A DNA stretch of 64,000 bases from Candidatus Omnitrophota bacterium (GCA_043814315.1 JBDRKE010000023.1:15576-79575); one strand, 5' to 3'; positions 38,762 to 48,203 are shown, counted from the stretch's first letter. Translations and numbers: made by a program. The notes: a model not told the origin generated them from the sequence alone.

Positions 38762-38820
38762 CCAGAAACCAGTCCTTCGACTACGCTCAGGACTGGCACT
38801 GAGCAGAGTCGAAGTGCCAG
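38762..38820. repeat. Palindromic repeat family 3, hisB|hisH gap
   Basis: 59 nt identical to the reverse complement of 42618-42676 (checked base by base). Confidence 0.9.
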
Positions 38821-38854
38821 TAACCAGATAGCGGTAATTATTTTCAACAGTAAC

Positions 38855-39460
38855 TCAGTCGATAACGCCTTTGGTCGAAGGAATCCCTTTTCTGCGCGGG
38901 TCGATCTGAGTGGCCTCATCTAAAGCCTTTCCTAAAGCCTTAAAGATAGGCTCCAGGGTGGTATGGATATCAGGGCTCGAGCCGCTGATCGCGATATTCA
39001 GGTTCATGCCTAACCTTTTCGAAAAAGAATCAAAAAAGTGCTTGGCATATTCAAGTTCATAACCTTCTTTTTTATCAGGAGCGCACCCCCCACCCTCCAG
39101 GGGCCATGCCAAATAACCCCTCCCGCTAATATCAACAGCTACGCTAGCGGTGACATTTTCCATAGGCACCGAGGCAGAACCAAACCTCTTAATGCCTTTC
39201 ATGTCAGCCAATGCGTCTTTGAACGCCTGGCCTAACACGATACCGACATCCTCATTGGTGTGATGAATATCCACTTTTAAATCGCCTTTGGCCGCAATCT
39301 CCAGATCGAATAAACCGTGAAAGGCAAATAATTCCAGCATGTGATCCAGAAAACCTATCCTTGTCTTGATTTTGGATTTACCAGTACCGTCAATATCCAG
39401 CTTTACCCTAATATCTGTCTCTTTCGTTTTTCTTTTTATTGTTGCCGTTCTTTTTCCCAT
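38855..39460 (-). CDS. hisB: Imidazoleglycerol-phosphate dehydratase
   Basis: RKTKETDIRVKLDIDG and HHTNEDVGIVLG blocks. Confidence 0.9.
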   Translation of the reverse strand: MGKRTATIKRKTKETDIRVKLDIDGTGKSKIKTRIGFLDHMLELFAFHGLFDLEIAAKGDLKVDIHHTNEDVGIVLGQAFKDALADMKGIKRFGSASVPMENVTASVAVDISGRGYLAWPLEGGGCAPDKKEGYELEYAKHFFDSFSKRLGMNLNIAISGSSPDIHTTLEPIFKALGKALDEATQIDPRRKGIPSTKGVID

Positions 39461-39501
39461 CCGTTCTTCCTTTCAATTTAGCGGGCGCTGCCTTGAAATA
39501 C

Positions 39502-39525
39502 CAAGATCGGGTCTTGTAACTCATT
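39502..39525. repeat. 24-bp repeat caagatcgggtcttgtaactcatt in the hisD|hisB gap
   Basis: Identical to the reverse complement of 46924-46947. Confidence 0.85.
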
Positions 39526-39559
39526 GCCTATCAATCTGTTTCAAGTCCCGGTCTTGAAT

Positions 39560-40786
39560 TTATTGAAACCTTACCTTGACCGAATCCAGATGCTTGCTTA
39601 ATCCTTCGATACCAGCGATTTTCTCCAAAGGCTCTCTTACTTTCTCCAGCGCTCTTTTCGTATAACTGATGATATGGCTGCTTTTGACAAAGTCATAGGC
39701 GGATAGCCCGGAAAAAAACCTCGCCGTGCCATGCGTAGGCAACACATGGCTAGGGCCCGCCACATAATCACCGACAGCCGCAGGGCTATAAGGCCCTAAA
39801 AAGATGGCGCCGGCGTTTTTTATGCCTTTAAGTAACCTTTGCGGATTCTTAACCATGATCTCAAGGTGTTCGGGTGCGATCTGATTGGCGATCTCAGTTG
39901 TCTTCTCCAAATTTTTAGTCAAAATAATAAAGCCGTCCACATTTTCTAATTGTGCCTTGACCTCGCGCGCCAGGCTTTTGGAATTCGTAATCAATACCGC
40001 AAGCCCTTTAGAGTGCTCAGCCTGTGCCCGCAGGTCTGCGGTTACAAATCGGGGGTCGCTGTGGCGGTCGGCAATAATAACAAGTTCCGTAGGGCCGGCT
40101 ATCATATCGATATCCACCTGCCCGAAGACCTGCCGTTTGGCCTCGCTCACGTAGATATTGCCGGGCCCGACGATCTTATCGACGCGCGGGATGGTTTTTG
40201 TCCCGTAGGCCAAGGCCGCGATACCTTGGGCTCCGCCCACGCGGTAAATCTCATCCACTTTTAAGAGGTCCGCAACCACAAGGATATGCGGGTTGATCTG
40301 ACCGTGTTTATCCGGAGGGCTAACCAGTATAATTCTTTTCACCTGCGCGATCTTTGCCGGAAGGACCGTCATATAAACCGTAGAAACCAAAGGTGCCGTG
40401 CCCGCCGGTATATACACGCCGACCTTATCTAACGGGACATAGTTTTCACCCAGCACCGCTGCATCGGCATCTTTTATTCTCCAGGATTTCCTAATGCTTT
40501 TGCGGTAAAACTTATTCACATTTTCAATGACAACCTTGAGGCTGGATACAAAATTAGGGCTGATATTCTGATAGGCAGCGCTGATATCGATTTGAGAAAC
40601 CTTGATCTGTCTTAACGATAACTTGACTCCGTCAAACTTCCTGGTGTACTTAAGCAATGCCTCATCCCCAGCCACGCGCACATCCTCAATAATCTCCCTG
40701 ACCCGCTCTTCAATGCGCTTGTTTCTTGTGAGGCCCCGGTTATAAATCTTATCTAATTTTTTGCTGCTAAAACGGATTATTTTCAT
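39560..40786 (-). CDS. hisD: Histidinol dehydrogenase
   Basis: 408 aa, HisD-like (IDMIAGPTEL, AQAEH, GDYVAGPSHVLPT). Confidence 0.9.
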   Translation of the reverse strand: MKIIRFSSKKLDKIYNRGLTRNKRIEERVREIIEDVRVAGDEALLKYTRKFDGVKLSLRQIKVSQIDISAAYQNISPNFVSSLKVVIENVNKFYRKSIRKSWRIKDADAAVLGENYVPLDKVGVYIPAGTAPLVSTVYMTVLPAKIAQVKRIILVSPPDKHGQINPHILVVADLLKVDEIYRVGGAQGIAALAYGTKTIPRVDKIVGPGNIYVSEAKRQVFGQVDIDMIAGPTELVIIADRHSDPRFVTADLRAQAEHSKGLAVLITNSKSLAREVKAQLENVDGFIILTKNLEKTTEIANQIAPEHLEIMVKNPQRLLKGIKNAGAIFLGPYSPAAVGDYVAGPSHVLPTHGTARFFSGLSAYDFVKSSHIISYTKRALEKVREPLEKIAGIEGLSKHLDSVKVRFQ

Positions 40787-43455
40787 CTTGGGATTTGCCT
40801 GATAGCCGCTTTTAATTTTTCGAGTGCATTTTTGTAATTTTGAGGCTTACTGCCTCCTGCCTGCGCAAAATCCTTTCTTCCCCCGCCGCTGCCCCCGATC
40901 TCGGACGCTACCTCTTTAATAAGCCTTGAGGCATCCACACCTTTGGCGCATAAGTCCTGCGTCACCCCTATAGCCAACCAGATCTTGGCTTCTGCGCAAG
41001 TGCTTGAAATAATAATCGCATTCGTGGTTTTCTCCTTCGCTAAATCTACGCTTTGGCGTAAGGTATTCATGTCTAAATCCGGCTCATTTTGCTCAATCAA
41101 TTTTATGCCATTGATCAACTCGGCTTTTTGAATCGATTCCTCAAGGGATAAGCGTACCGTATTAAGGCGCTGGGCGCTTAATTGTTTCTCCAGTTCCTTT
41201 AAGCGAACCATTCTCTTCTCGATCTCCTGGGATAAATTCGGCTCAGGGACGCTTAATCTCTCGGCGATATCTCTGACAACACGCTCCTCTTCTTTGATAA
41301 TCTTATAGGCGGTTTTTCCCGTAACCGCTTCGATTCTTCTTATGCCGCTGGCCACAGACCCTTCCTGGGTTATCTTAAACAGGCCGATTGAGCCCGTAGA
41401 GTCCAGATGGGTTCCGCCACACAGTTCCTTAGAGAAGTCTCCGACACTCACCACACGCACCTTATCTTCGTATTTTTCGCCGAAGAAAGCCAATGCCCCT
41501 GACTTCTTGGCTTGCGCTAAAGCCATTGGCTTGACAGAAAGCTGATGGTTATTCAGGATATAATCATTAACCACTTCTTCAATTCTGTCCAGCTCTTCTT
41601 TTTTGATATCCTTAAAGTGCGTGAAGTCAAAACGCAATCTGTCGTGGGCCACCAGAGAGCCCCGCTGTTTGACGTGCGAGCCTAAAACCTTTCTTAAAGC
41701 CGCCTGCAAAAGGTGGGTTGCCGTATGGTTTCTGGCTATGGAGAGCCGGCGTTCGACATCGGCTTTTGCCAAGATGGTATCATTTTTTTTGAAGCTGCCG
41801 GATTTGACTTTTCCGATATGGACGAAGCAAGAGCCGAACCTCTTCGTATCAAAAACCTCAAAAACATTCCTTCCCTTAATAATCTCACCCGCATCTCCTA
41901 CCTGGCCGCCTGACTCTGCATAGAAAGGAGTCTTATCCAATACCAGGACTGCTTCATCCTGTTGGCTGATCTTTTTTGTTTCAGTATCGCCCTTGACTAT
42001 TTTCAATATCTTTGTTTTTAGAGCCATCTCCTTATAGCCTGAAAATTGAGTCGCTTTGACGTGGTAAAGCAGGTCCTTATCGCTAAAGACATCCCCTTTC
42101 ATGGCGCTTTGCAGCTTGGAGCGCTTTTTCTGCTCTGAAAGTTCCTTTTCTAGTATGTCTTTAGAAATTTGAATGCCTTTTTTTTCTAGCCAATTCAACG
42201 TCAAATCTAAAGGCATCCCATGGGTATCATATAGCTGAAAAGTAATCCTGCCAACCTCCTTGGGGTTGGGGCTGTCCTGAAACCCTTTAAATTTTTCATG
42301 CAAAAGGGCTTCGCTGGAATTTAATGTTGCCAGAAAACTCTTCTCTTCCGCCTGGATAATCTCAGAGATATTCTCCTGCCGGCCCCTGAGTTCGGGATAA
42401 TAAGATTTCATGGTCTCCGCTACGACAGGCACCAATTTATACAGAAAGGCATGCGCCCACCCCATGGCCCTTAAATGCAGGGTGCACTTACGGATCAGTT
42501 TTCTTATCACGTAACCCCTGGCTTCATTGGAAGGCAGGACTCCGTCATAAATGGCAAACACTATGGCACGGATATGGTCGGTTACTGCATAAATCAATTC
42601 TTTCTGGTTCCTGGTTCCTGGCACTTCGACTCTGCTCAGTGCCAGTCCTGAGCGTAGTCGAAGGACTGGTTTCTGGTTTCTGGCTATTTCTTTTATAATC
42701 GGGATAAACAAATCCGTCTCAAAATTATTCGCTACCCCCTGCATGACCGCAGCCAGCCTCTCTAAACCCATACCGGTGTCTATATTCTTCCTGGGCAAAG
42801 GCTCTAATACGCCTCCTTCTTTGCGGTTAAACTGGGTAAAGACGAGGTTCCAGACTTCCACAAAACGCCCGCAGCCGCAGGCAGGAGAACAATCCGGCTT
42901 CCCGCATCCGGCGCCTGAGCCTACATCATAAAATATCTCCGAGCAGGGGCCACAGGGGCCATTAGGCCCTTTTGCCTTAGCCTCTGAAGGCCAGAAATTT
43001 TCTTTATCCCCTAATCTGATGATTTTGTTTTCCGGAATCTCAATGGAATCGCGCCATATCTTATAGGTTTCGTCATCGTCTTTATAGACCGAGACCCAAA
43101 GCTTCTCGGACGGAATACGTAGTTCCCGGGCCAAAAATTCCCAGGCGTAGAGAATCGCTTCTTTTTTGAAATAGTCTCCGAAGGAAAAGTTTCCCAGCAT
43201 TTCAAAAAACGTGTGGTGACCGCTGGTCTTGCCGACTTTATCCAGGTCATCGGTGCGCAGGCACCGCTGGCTGGAGGAAGCACGCTTCAAGCCTCTGCCT
43301 ATCCCCAGAAATTCTTTCTTGAATTGATTCATTCCCGCAGGCGTAAACAATACCGTAGGGTCATCCCCGGGGATCAAAGAGCCACTCTCGATAATCTTGT
43401 GATTTTTTGATTTAAAAAAATCTAAAAACTTTTTTCTTAAGATATCTGCCTGCAT
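40783..43455 (-). CDS. alaS: Alanine--tRNA ligase
   Basis: 890 aa with class II core (FTPAGMNQFK, RCLRTDD), editing-domain HTATHLL and C-terminal DHHA1-like region. Contains an in-frame repeat insertion at 42604-42684. Confidence 0.95.
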   Translation of the reverse strand: MQADILRKKFLDFFKSKNHKIIESGSLIPGDDPTVLFTPAGMNQFKKEFLGIGRGLKRASSSQRCLRTDDLDKVGKTSGHHTFFEMLGNFSFGDYFKKEAILYAWEFLARELRIPSEKLWVSVYKDDDETYKIWRDSIEIPENKIIRLGDKENFWPSEAKAKGPNGPCGPCSEIFYDVGSGAGCGKPDCSPACGCGRFVEVWNLVFTQFNRKEGGVLEPLPRKNIDTGMGLERLAAVMQGVANNFETDLFIPIIKEIARNQKPVLRLRSGLALSRVEVPGTRNQKELIYAVTDHIRAIVFAIYDGVLPSNEARGYVIRKLIRKCTLHLRAMGWAHAFLYKLVPVVAETMKSYYPELRGRQENISEIIQAEEKSFLATLNSSEALLHEKFKGFQDSPNPKEVGRITFQLYDTHGMPLDLTLNWLEKKGIQISKDILEKELSEQKKRSKLQSAMKGDVFSDKDLLYHVKATQFSGYKEMALKTKILKIVKGDTETKKISQQDEAVLVLDKTPFYAESGGQVGDAGEIIKGRNVFEVFDTKRFGSCFVHIGKVKSGSFKKNDTILAKADVERRLSIARNHTATHLLQAALRKVLGSHVKQRGSLVAHDRLRFDFTHFKDIKKEELDRIEEVVNDYILNNHQLSVKPMALAQAKKSGALAFFGEKYEDKVRVVSVGDFSKELCGGTHLDSTGSIGLFKITQEGSVASGIRRIEAVTGKTAYKIIKEEERVVRDIAERLSVPEPNLSQEIEKRMVRLKELEKQLSAQRLNTVRLSLEESIQKAELINGIKLIEQNEPDLDMNTLRQSVDLAKEKTTNAIIISSTCAEAKIWLAIGVTQDLCAKGVDASRLIKEVASEIGGSGGGRKDFAQAGGSKPQNYKNALEKLKAAIRQIPR
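42618..42676. repeat. Palindromic repeat family 3 copy inside the alaS coding sequence
   Basis: 59/59 match to the reverse complement of 38762-38820; read in frame by alaS. Confidence 0.9.
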
Positions 43456-43467
43456 GGAAACGCACCC

Positions 43468-43932
43468 TTAAAACTGATTCATGACATCTGCGACTGTTTC
43501 CGGTGGGAAACCGCGGCGTAAAAGATAGCCCATCACCCGCCTCCTGGCTATACGCGGGTCTAGGCGTTTACTTTTATCTAATCTTGTTTTTACTAACTTC
43601 TTGATTATCTCTTCCTCGGAATAATCCTTCTTTATTTCACGTACCTGGCTCTCAATAATCTCTTCATCAACGCCCTTGGCCTTTAATTCCTGCCTGATTC
43701 TCCTTAAGCCTAAAGGCCTCTTAAGGCGCGAGGCTAACCACATCCTGGCAAAGGCATCATCGTTGATGAAACCCTTTTCCTTTAAAAAGGAGATGGTCTC
43801 TTTAATGGCCGGTTCTTTAAAACTCTTCTGTTTAAGCCGCTGAGTAAGTTCTCGTTCGCTACGTAATCGGAACTTAAGCAAAAGGAAAGCGTAGTTTCTG
43901 GCTTTTTCCGGGCAATCTTCTCTATTCCTCAC
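43468..43932 (-). CDS. recX: Regulatory protein RecX
   Basis: 154-aa helical-repeat protein of RecX type; recA neighbourhood. Confidence 0.8.
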   Translation of the reverse strand: MRNREDCPEKARNYAFLLLKFRLRSERELTQRLKQKSFKEPAIKETISFLKEKGFINDDAFARMWLASRLKRPLGLRRIRQELKAKGVDEEIIESQVREIKKDYSEEEIIKKLVKTRLDKSKRLDPRIARRRVMGYLLRRGFPPETVADVMNQF

Positions 43933-45388
43933 CTTTTACCAAAAAGTAACCGCGCCGGGTCTTAATTAATGCGTTCCCCTTCAAATCTTTAGCCACCTTA
44001 TTGAAATCCAAGATGCCGGAAATAGGCCTTTTATTGATTTCACAAATCACTTCTCCCCGCAACAGGCCTGCTTCCTCTGCAGGGCTATTGGGTTCAACAT
44101 GAACCACCGCAACACCTTTATTTTCTTTAGTATCCTCTACTTTCAATCCGCGCCAGTTCTCTGCGGTTTGCAATCTTTCATACCCTGCCTCAGCTTCTTC
44201 CAGGCTCTCAGGACGCGCGCTAATCTTCACCGTAAGATTCCGTTCTTTTTTATCGCGCACAACCACGACTTTTACTCTTCGGCCCACTTCCGTCTTGGAA
44301 ACCCGCGTTATCAACTCTTTAACATTGGCCACGGGTTGATTATCAAATATCTTTATCACGTCCCCTTCTTTTATCCCTGCGGCCTTGGCAGGACTATCTC
44401 TGAAAACCCTGGCTACCAGAGTTCCATTTTTATCTGCAAGCCTCAGATGTTGAGCCATGTCTTGCGTAAGGTTTTGTACCTGTACCCCCAACCAGCCGTA
44501 CATTATTTTTTTACCTTCAATAAGCCTGGAGATTATCCTTCTGGCGCTATTGACAGGTATGGCAAAGCCCACACCCTGATAACCTCCGCTGGTGGAGAAT
44601 ATAGCCACATTGATACCTACGATTTCTCCTTTGAGGTTTACCAGGGGGCCTCCGGAATTACCGGGATTAATGGCAGCATCCGTCTGAATGAGGTCATTGT
44701 AATCCCTATCGCGCGACAGCATGCTTCCCAGAGAACGGTGTAGTGCGCTGATCACGCCGACTGTTACGGTCGGTTCAGGACTCTGCATGGCAAAACCAAA
44801 GGGATTTCCTATAGCTACCACCCATTGTCCGATCTTTAAGCTGTCTGAATCACCTAAGGGAGCTACCGGAAGGTTACGGGCATTTATCTTAATAACCGCC
44901 AGGTCTGAACGAGGGTCAGTGCCTTTGACTTCTCCCTTAAAGTCTCTACCGTCAGGCAACGTCACGGTAATCTTATCCGCATCGCTGATGACGTGTTCAT
45001 TTGTCAGAACATACCCTTGCGTATCGATAATCACGCCCGAGCCTAAACCCACGGACTTATATTCCCTGTCAGGTGCCTCGCCGAAAAAATCATCAAAGAA
45101 CCTGCGAAAGAACTCATCTTCCGGAAACGGTGACCCTGCGGAGGGAGGGCGAAAATAGTATCTTTGCCCTCCTCTGATCCTGGTCGTGTGCTCTGTGCTT
45201 ATGGACACGACCGCCTGTCCTGCCGTATCCGCCACATGGATGACCGCATTTTCGATGCTTAGGCTACCCTCTTTCATATCCTGGCTTTCTGCCAAGGCAA
45301 ACTTATACGTTCCCGCCGATAAAACAAAACTCAGGATGTAACCCACGGCCAAGAAACCTAACCAGGATAATATTTTCTTTCTTTTCAT
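43922..45388 (-). CDS. htrA: HtrA/DegP-family serine protease with two PDZ domains
   Basis: Catalytic GNSGGPL, TNEHV and DLAVIK blocks; signal anchor. Start taken at ATG 45388 (MKRKKILSW...). Confidence 0.88.
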   Translation of the reverse strand: MKRKKILSWLGFLAVGYILSFVLSAGTYKFALAESQDMKEGSLSIENAVIHVADTAGQAVVSISTEHTTRIRGGQRYYFRPPSAGSPFPEDEFFRRFFDDFFGEAPDREYKSVGLGSGVIIDTQGYVLTNEHVISDADKITVTLPDGRDFKGEVKGTDPRSDLAVIKINARNLPVAPLGDSDSLKIGQWVVAIGNPFGFAMQSPEPTVTVGVISALHRSLGSMLSRDRDYNDLIQTDAAINPGNSGGPLVNLKGEIVGINVAIFSTSGGYQGVGFAIPVNSARRIISRLIEGKKIMYGWLGVQVQNLTQDMAQHLRLADKNGTLVARVFRDSPAKAAGIKEGDVIKIFDNQPVANVKELITRVSKTEVGRRVKVVVVRDKKERNLTVKISARPESLEEAEAGYERLQTAENWRGLKVEDTKENKGVAVVHVEPNSPAEEAGLLRGEVICEINKRPISGILDFNKVAKDLKGNALIKTRRGYFLVKGEE

Positions 45389-45410
45389 ACCAAAAACGCT
45401 TTCCCCTGCC

Positions 45411-46466
45411 CTAAATGCTAAGTTTTTTCCTGACTTCTTTCTCAATTTCTTCCTGTAATTTAGGGTTATCTTTTAAGTATTTTATAGCCGCATCCCTTCC
45501 CTGGCCCAATTTCTCATCCTTGAAGAATATCCACGTTCCGGATTTAGTTACGATTTCCTTATTGAGCCCAGCATCCAATATAGCCCCTGCCTTGGAGATC
45601 CCCTCGTTATGCAGGATTTCAAACTCTCCTTCTCTAAAAGGAGGCGCAACCTTGTTTTTTACGACCCTGACCCTCACCCTATTGCCCACCACCACATCAT
45701 GCTCTTTCAAAGTCGCAATTCTTCTTACATCAAGCCGAACGGAAGAATAAAATTTTAGGGCCCTGCCTCCGGGTGTCGTCTCCGGCGATCCGAACATCAC
45801 GCCGATCTTTTCCCTGAGCTGATTGATAAAAATCACGGTGGTGCGTGACTTACTGATAGCTCCTGTCAGCTTTCTTAAGGCCTGCGACATGAGGCGAGCC
45901 TGAAGTCCCACGTGAGAATCCCCCATTTCACCCTCTATCTCTGCGCGCGGGGTGAGAGCTGCGACAGAATCAATGACCACCACGTCGACAGCATTGGAGC
46001 GTACCAGCGTCTCGGCAATCTCCAGGGCCTGTTCTCCTGTGTCCGGCTGAGAGATAAGAAGATCATCAAGGTTAACCCCGATGATTTTGGCGTACGTGGC
46101 ATCAAAGGCGTGTTCTGCGTCAATAAAAGCAGCCACGCCACCCTTTTTCTGCATCTCTTTAATGGCACTTAAAGTCAGGGTCGTTTTTCCCGATGCCTCA
46201 GGCCCGAATATTTCGACCACTCTTCCCCGCGGAAGGCCTCCTACGCCCAAAGCTAAATCCAGGGTAAGAGCGCCTGTAGGTATTGTCTCCACATCCGCTT
46301 TGACCTCACCCCCTAACTTCATAATCGAGCCCTTGCCAAACTGCTTTTCTATTTGGGCCAGCGCCAATTCCAAGGCCTTCTGCCGATCCGTGAGGCTATG
46401 CGAATCATCTTTAGTCCCAGATGCCGAAGCTGATGCTTTATGAACTGTTATCTTTTCCTTGTTCAT
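45411..46466 (-). CDS. recA: Recombinase RecA
   Basis: GPEASGKTT Walker A, canonical RecA blocks. Start at ATG 46466 with GGAGGG SD; the ORF-track TTG 46505 is unlikely. Confidence 0.95.
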   Translation of the reverse strand: MNKEKITVHKASASASGTKDDSHSLTDRQKALELALAQIEKQFGKGSIMKLGGEVKADVETIPTGALTLDLALGVGGLPRGRVVEIFGPEASGKTTLTLSAIKEMQKKGGVAAFIDAEHAFDATYAKIIGVNLDDLLISQPDTGEQALEIAETLVRSNAVDVVVIDSVAALTPRAEIEGEMGDSHVGLQARLMSQALRKLTGAISKSRTTVIFINQLREKIGVMFGSPETTPGGRALKFYSSVRLDVRRIATLKEHDVVVGNRVRVRVVKNKVAPPFREGEFEILHNEGISKAGAILDAGLNKEIVTKSGTWIFFKDEKLGQGRDAAIKYLKDNPKLQEEIEKEVRKKLSI

Positions 46467-46512
46467 CTTAACCCTCCACAGTGAATTAAACTTGTTTAAA
46501 TTCAAGAAATTA

Positions 46513-46541
46513 ATTATAGCCCACTAATATAACCCTGTCAA
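46513..46541 (-). promoter_or_regulatory. Consensus sigma70-type promoter of recA
   Basis: Minus strand reads TTGACA-17 nt-TATAAT (-35 at 46541-46536, -10 at 46518-46513). Confidence 0.65.
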
Positions 46542-46544
46542 CAG

Positions 46545-46743
46545 ATTCGTATCCATGATTCCATACCATTAAGCACAGATGATCACAGATAGAAATCCGC
46601 ATAAAACCTTCCTTTAGAAACGGCAGATGACCACAGATAAAGGTAGCTTTAAAGGCGTATCTGCGATCATCAGTGTCTTTTAATCAGCGATCATCTGTGC
46701 ATATAGTGTTCCATAACTGTGAAAATAACACATTCGTATCCAT
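46545..46743. repeat. Palindromic segment bounded by 12-bp direct repeats upstream of the recA promoter
   Basis: attcgtatccat at 46545-46556 and 46732-46743; internal inverted repeat gcacagatgatc (46573-46584) / gatcatctgtgc (46689-46700). Confidence 0.75.
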
Positions 46744-46796
46744 AAGCCACCCCTCCTTTCTATCATAATCCCTCCTGCGCCTTTGGAGGACGCGGG

Positions 46797-46853
46797 ATAA
46801 GTTCGGACATAAATTTACGGAACGCCAGTGAGCGTAAATTTAGTCCTCACTTA
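46797..46853 (-). repeat. Family 1 short form in the recA/GGDEF divergent region
   Basis: TAAGTGAGGAC-TAAATTTACG-loop-CGTAAATTTA-TGTCCGAACTTAT. Confidence 0.8.
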
Positions 46854-46892
46854 ATAGACGCAGGAATAAAGCAAATCTAACGAAAAAATTTT

Positions 46893-47002
46893 CAAGATCG
46901 GGTCTTGACATCGCTTGGTAAACAATGAGTTACAAGACCCGATCTTGACATAACTCTAAAGACCCGGTCTTGACATAACTCTACGATCTTGACATAACTC
47001 TA
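46893..47002 (+). repeat. 15-bp inverted repeat followed by three tandem cttgacataactcta units
   Basis: caagatcgggtcttg (46893-46907) / caagacccgatcttg (46933-46947). TTGACA occurs at 46905, 46945, 46970 and 46989. Confidence 0.85.
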
Positions 47003-47017
47003 AAAATATGTTAAAGT
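46989..47017 (+). promoter_or_regulatory. Promoter of the GAF-GGDEF gene, probably giving a leaderless mRNA
   Basis: TTGACA (46989-46994)-17 nt-TAAAGT (47012-47017). Only 7 nt separate the -10 box from ATG 47025, and there is no SD. Confidence 0.5.
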
Positions 47018-47024
47018 CACCGCT

Positions 47025-48203
47025 ATGGAAGATTTAACCAAAATCAAGCAAGAGCTGGAACGCACCAAGACAGAGCTGGGCATTCTTTATGAAATCTCCA
47101 ATGCCATGCGCACGACTCTGAGGCTGGAGGAGATCCTCTATATCATCCTGACAGGCGTCACAGCCCATATCGGACTGGGCTTTAACCGAGCTCTTCTGTT
47201 TCTGGTTAATGAGCGGGAAGGCCTCGTGGAAGGCAAAATGGGGATTGGCCCGGAAACCGGAGAAGAAGCCAACCGTATCTGGAAACAGATAGAACAGGAA
47301 AAGATGGACCTAGATGACCTGATCAGCGTCTCTAAATCTTCCAACTCCACCTTAGGCTCCAATTTTAACCGGCAGATCCAGCATTTAAAATTCTCGCTTC
47401 AGGACAAAAACGAAAACCTGCTGGCTATGGCTATTTTGGAAGGCATGCCCCTGCATCTGACCAAAGAAACAATGGCAAACTACCAGGATTACCCCATCAT
47501 TAAAATTCTTAAAAGTGAAGAGATAGTCTTAATCCCCTTAAAAGCAAAAGATAAAATTAACGGCATTATCGTGGCAGATAATTTTATTACCCAAGAACCC
47601 ATAACCAAAGACGATATCCGGATGCTTGCGATGCTGGCGAACCAGGCGGGCCTGGCCATTGAGAATTCCCAGCTTTACGAAAAAACCGTAATGCTGGCGC
47701 ACATGGATTCCCTTACGCAACTTTGGCACCATGGCCACTTCCATCACCTTCTTCAGACGGAATTAGAAAAATCCAAAGCCATGAACTCATCCTTAAGCCT
47801 CATTATGCTTGATATTGATGACTTTAAAATCTACAATGACTCACTCGGCCATCAGTCGGGAGACAGGATGTTAAAGGAATTAGCGAATTTGCTCAAGAAT
47901 CAATCCCGGAAGATGGATTATGTCTGCCGTTACGGCGGAGAGGAATTTACGATTATCCTACCGCAGACCGATAAAAAAGAGGCTTTTTTGATTGCGGAGC
48001 GGCTCAGGTTAGATATCGAAAGGCATCCCTTTATAGGCGAGGAGAATCTGCCTAAGAAAAAATTTACGGCGAGCCTGGGATTGGCCACCTATCCTGAAGA
48101 CGGAAACTCTCCCGCCGAACTTATTGAAGCAAGCGACAAGGCGCTTTACCAGGCAAAAAACAAAGACAAAAACAACACCTGCTGCTCAACCCCCTCGCTC
48201 TAA
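47025..48203 (+). CDS. GAF domain-containing diguanylate cyclase (GGDEF)
   Basis: C-terminal GGDEF domain with an RYGGEEF active site; N-terminal GAF-like region; only plus-strand gene in the window. Confidence 0.85.
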   Translation: MEDLTKIKQELERTKTELGILYEISNAMRTTLRLEEILYIILTGVTAHIGLGFNRALLFLVNEREGLVEGKMGIGPETGEEANRIWKQIEQEKMDLDDLISVSKSSNSTLGSNFNRQIQHLKFSLQDKNENLLAMAILEGMPLHLTKETMANYQDYPIIKILKSEEIVLIPLKAKDKINGIIVADNFITQEPITKDDIRMLAMLANQAGLAIENSQLYEKTVMLAHMDSLTQLWHHGHFHHLLQTELEKSKAMNSSLSLIMLDIDDFKIYNDSLGHQSGDRMLKELANLLKNQSRKMDYVCRYGGEEFTIILPQTDKKEAFLIAERLRLDIERHPFIGEENLPKKKFTASLGLATYPEDGNSPAELIEASDKALYQAKNKDKNNTCCSTPSL

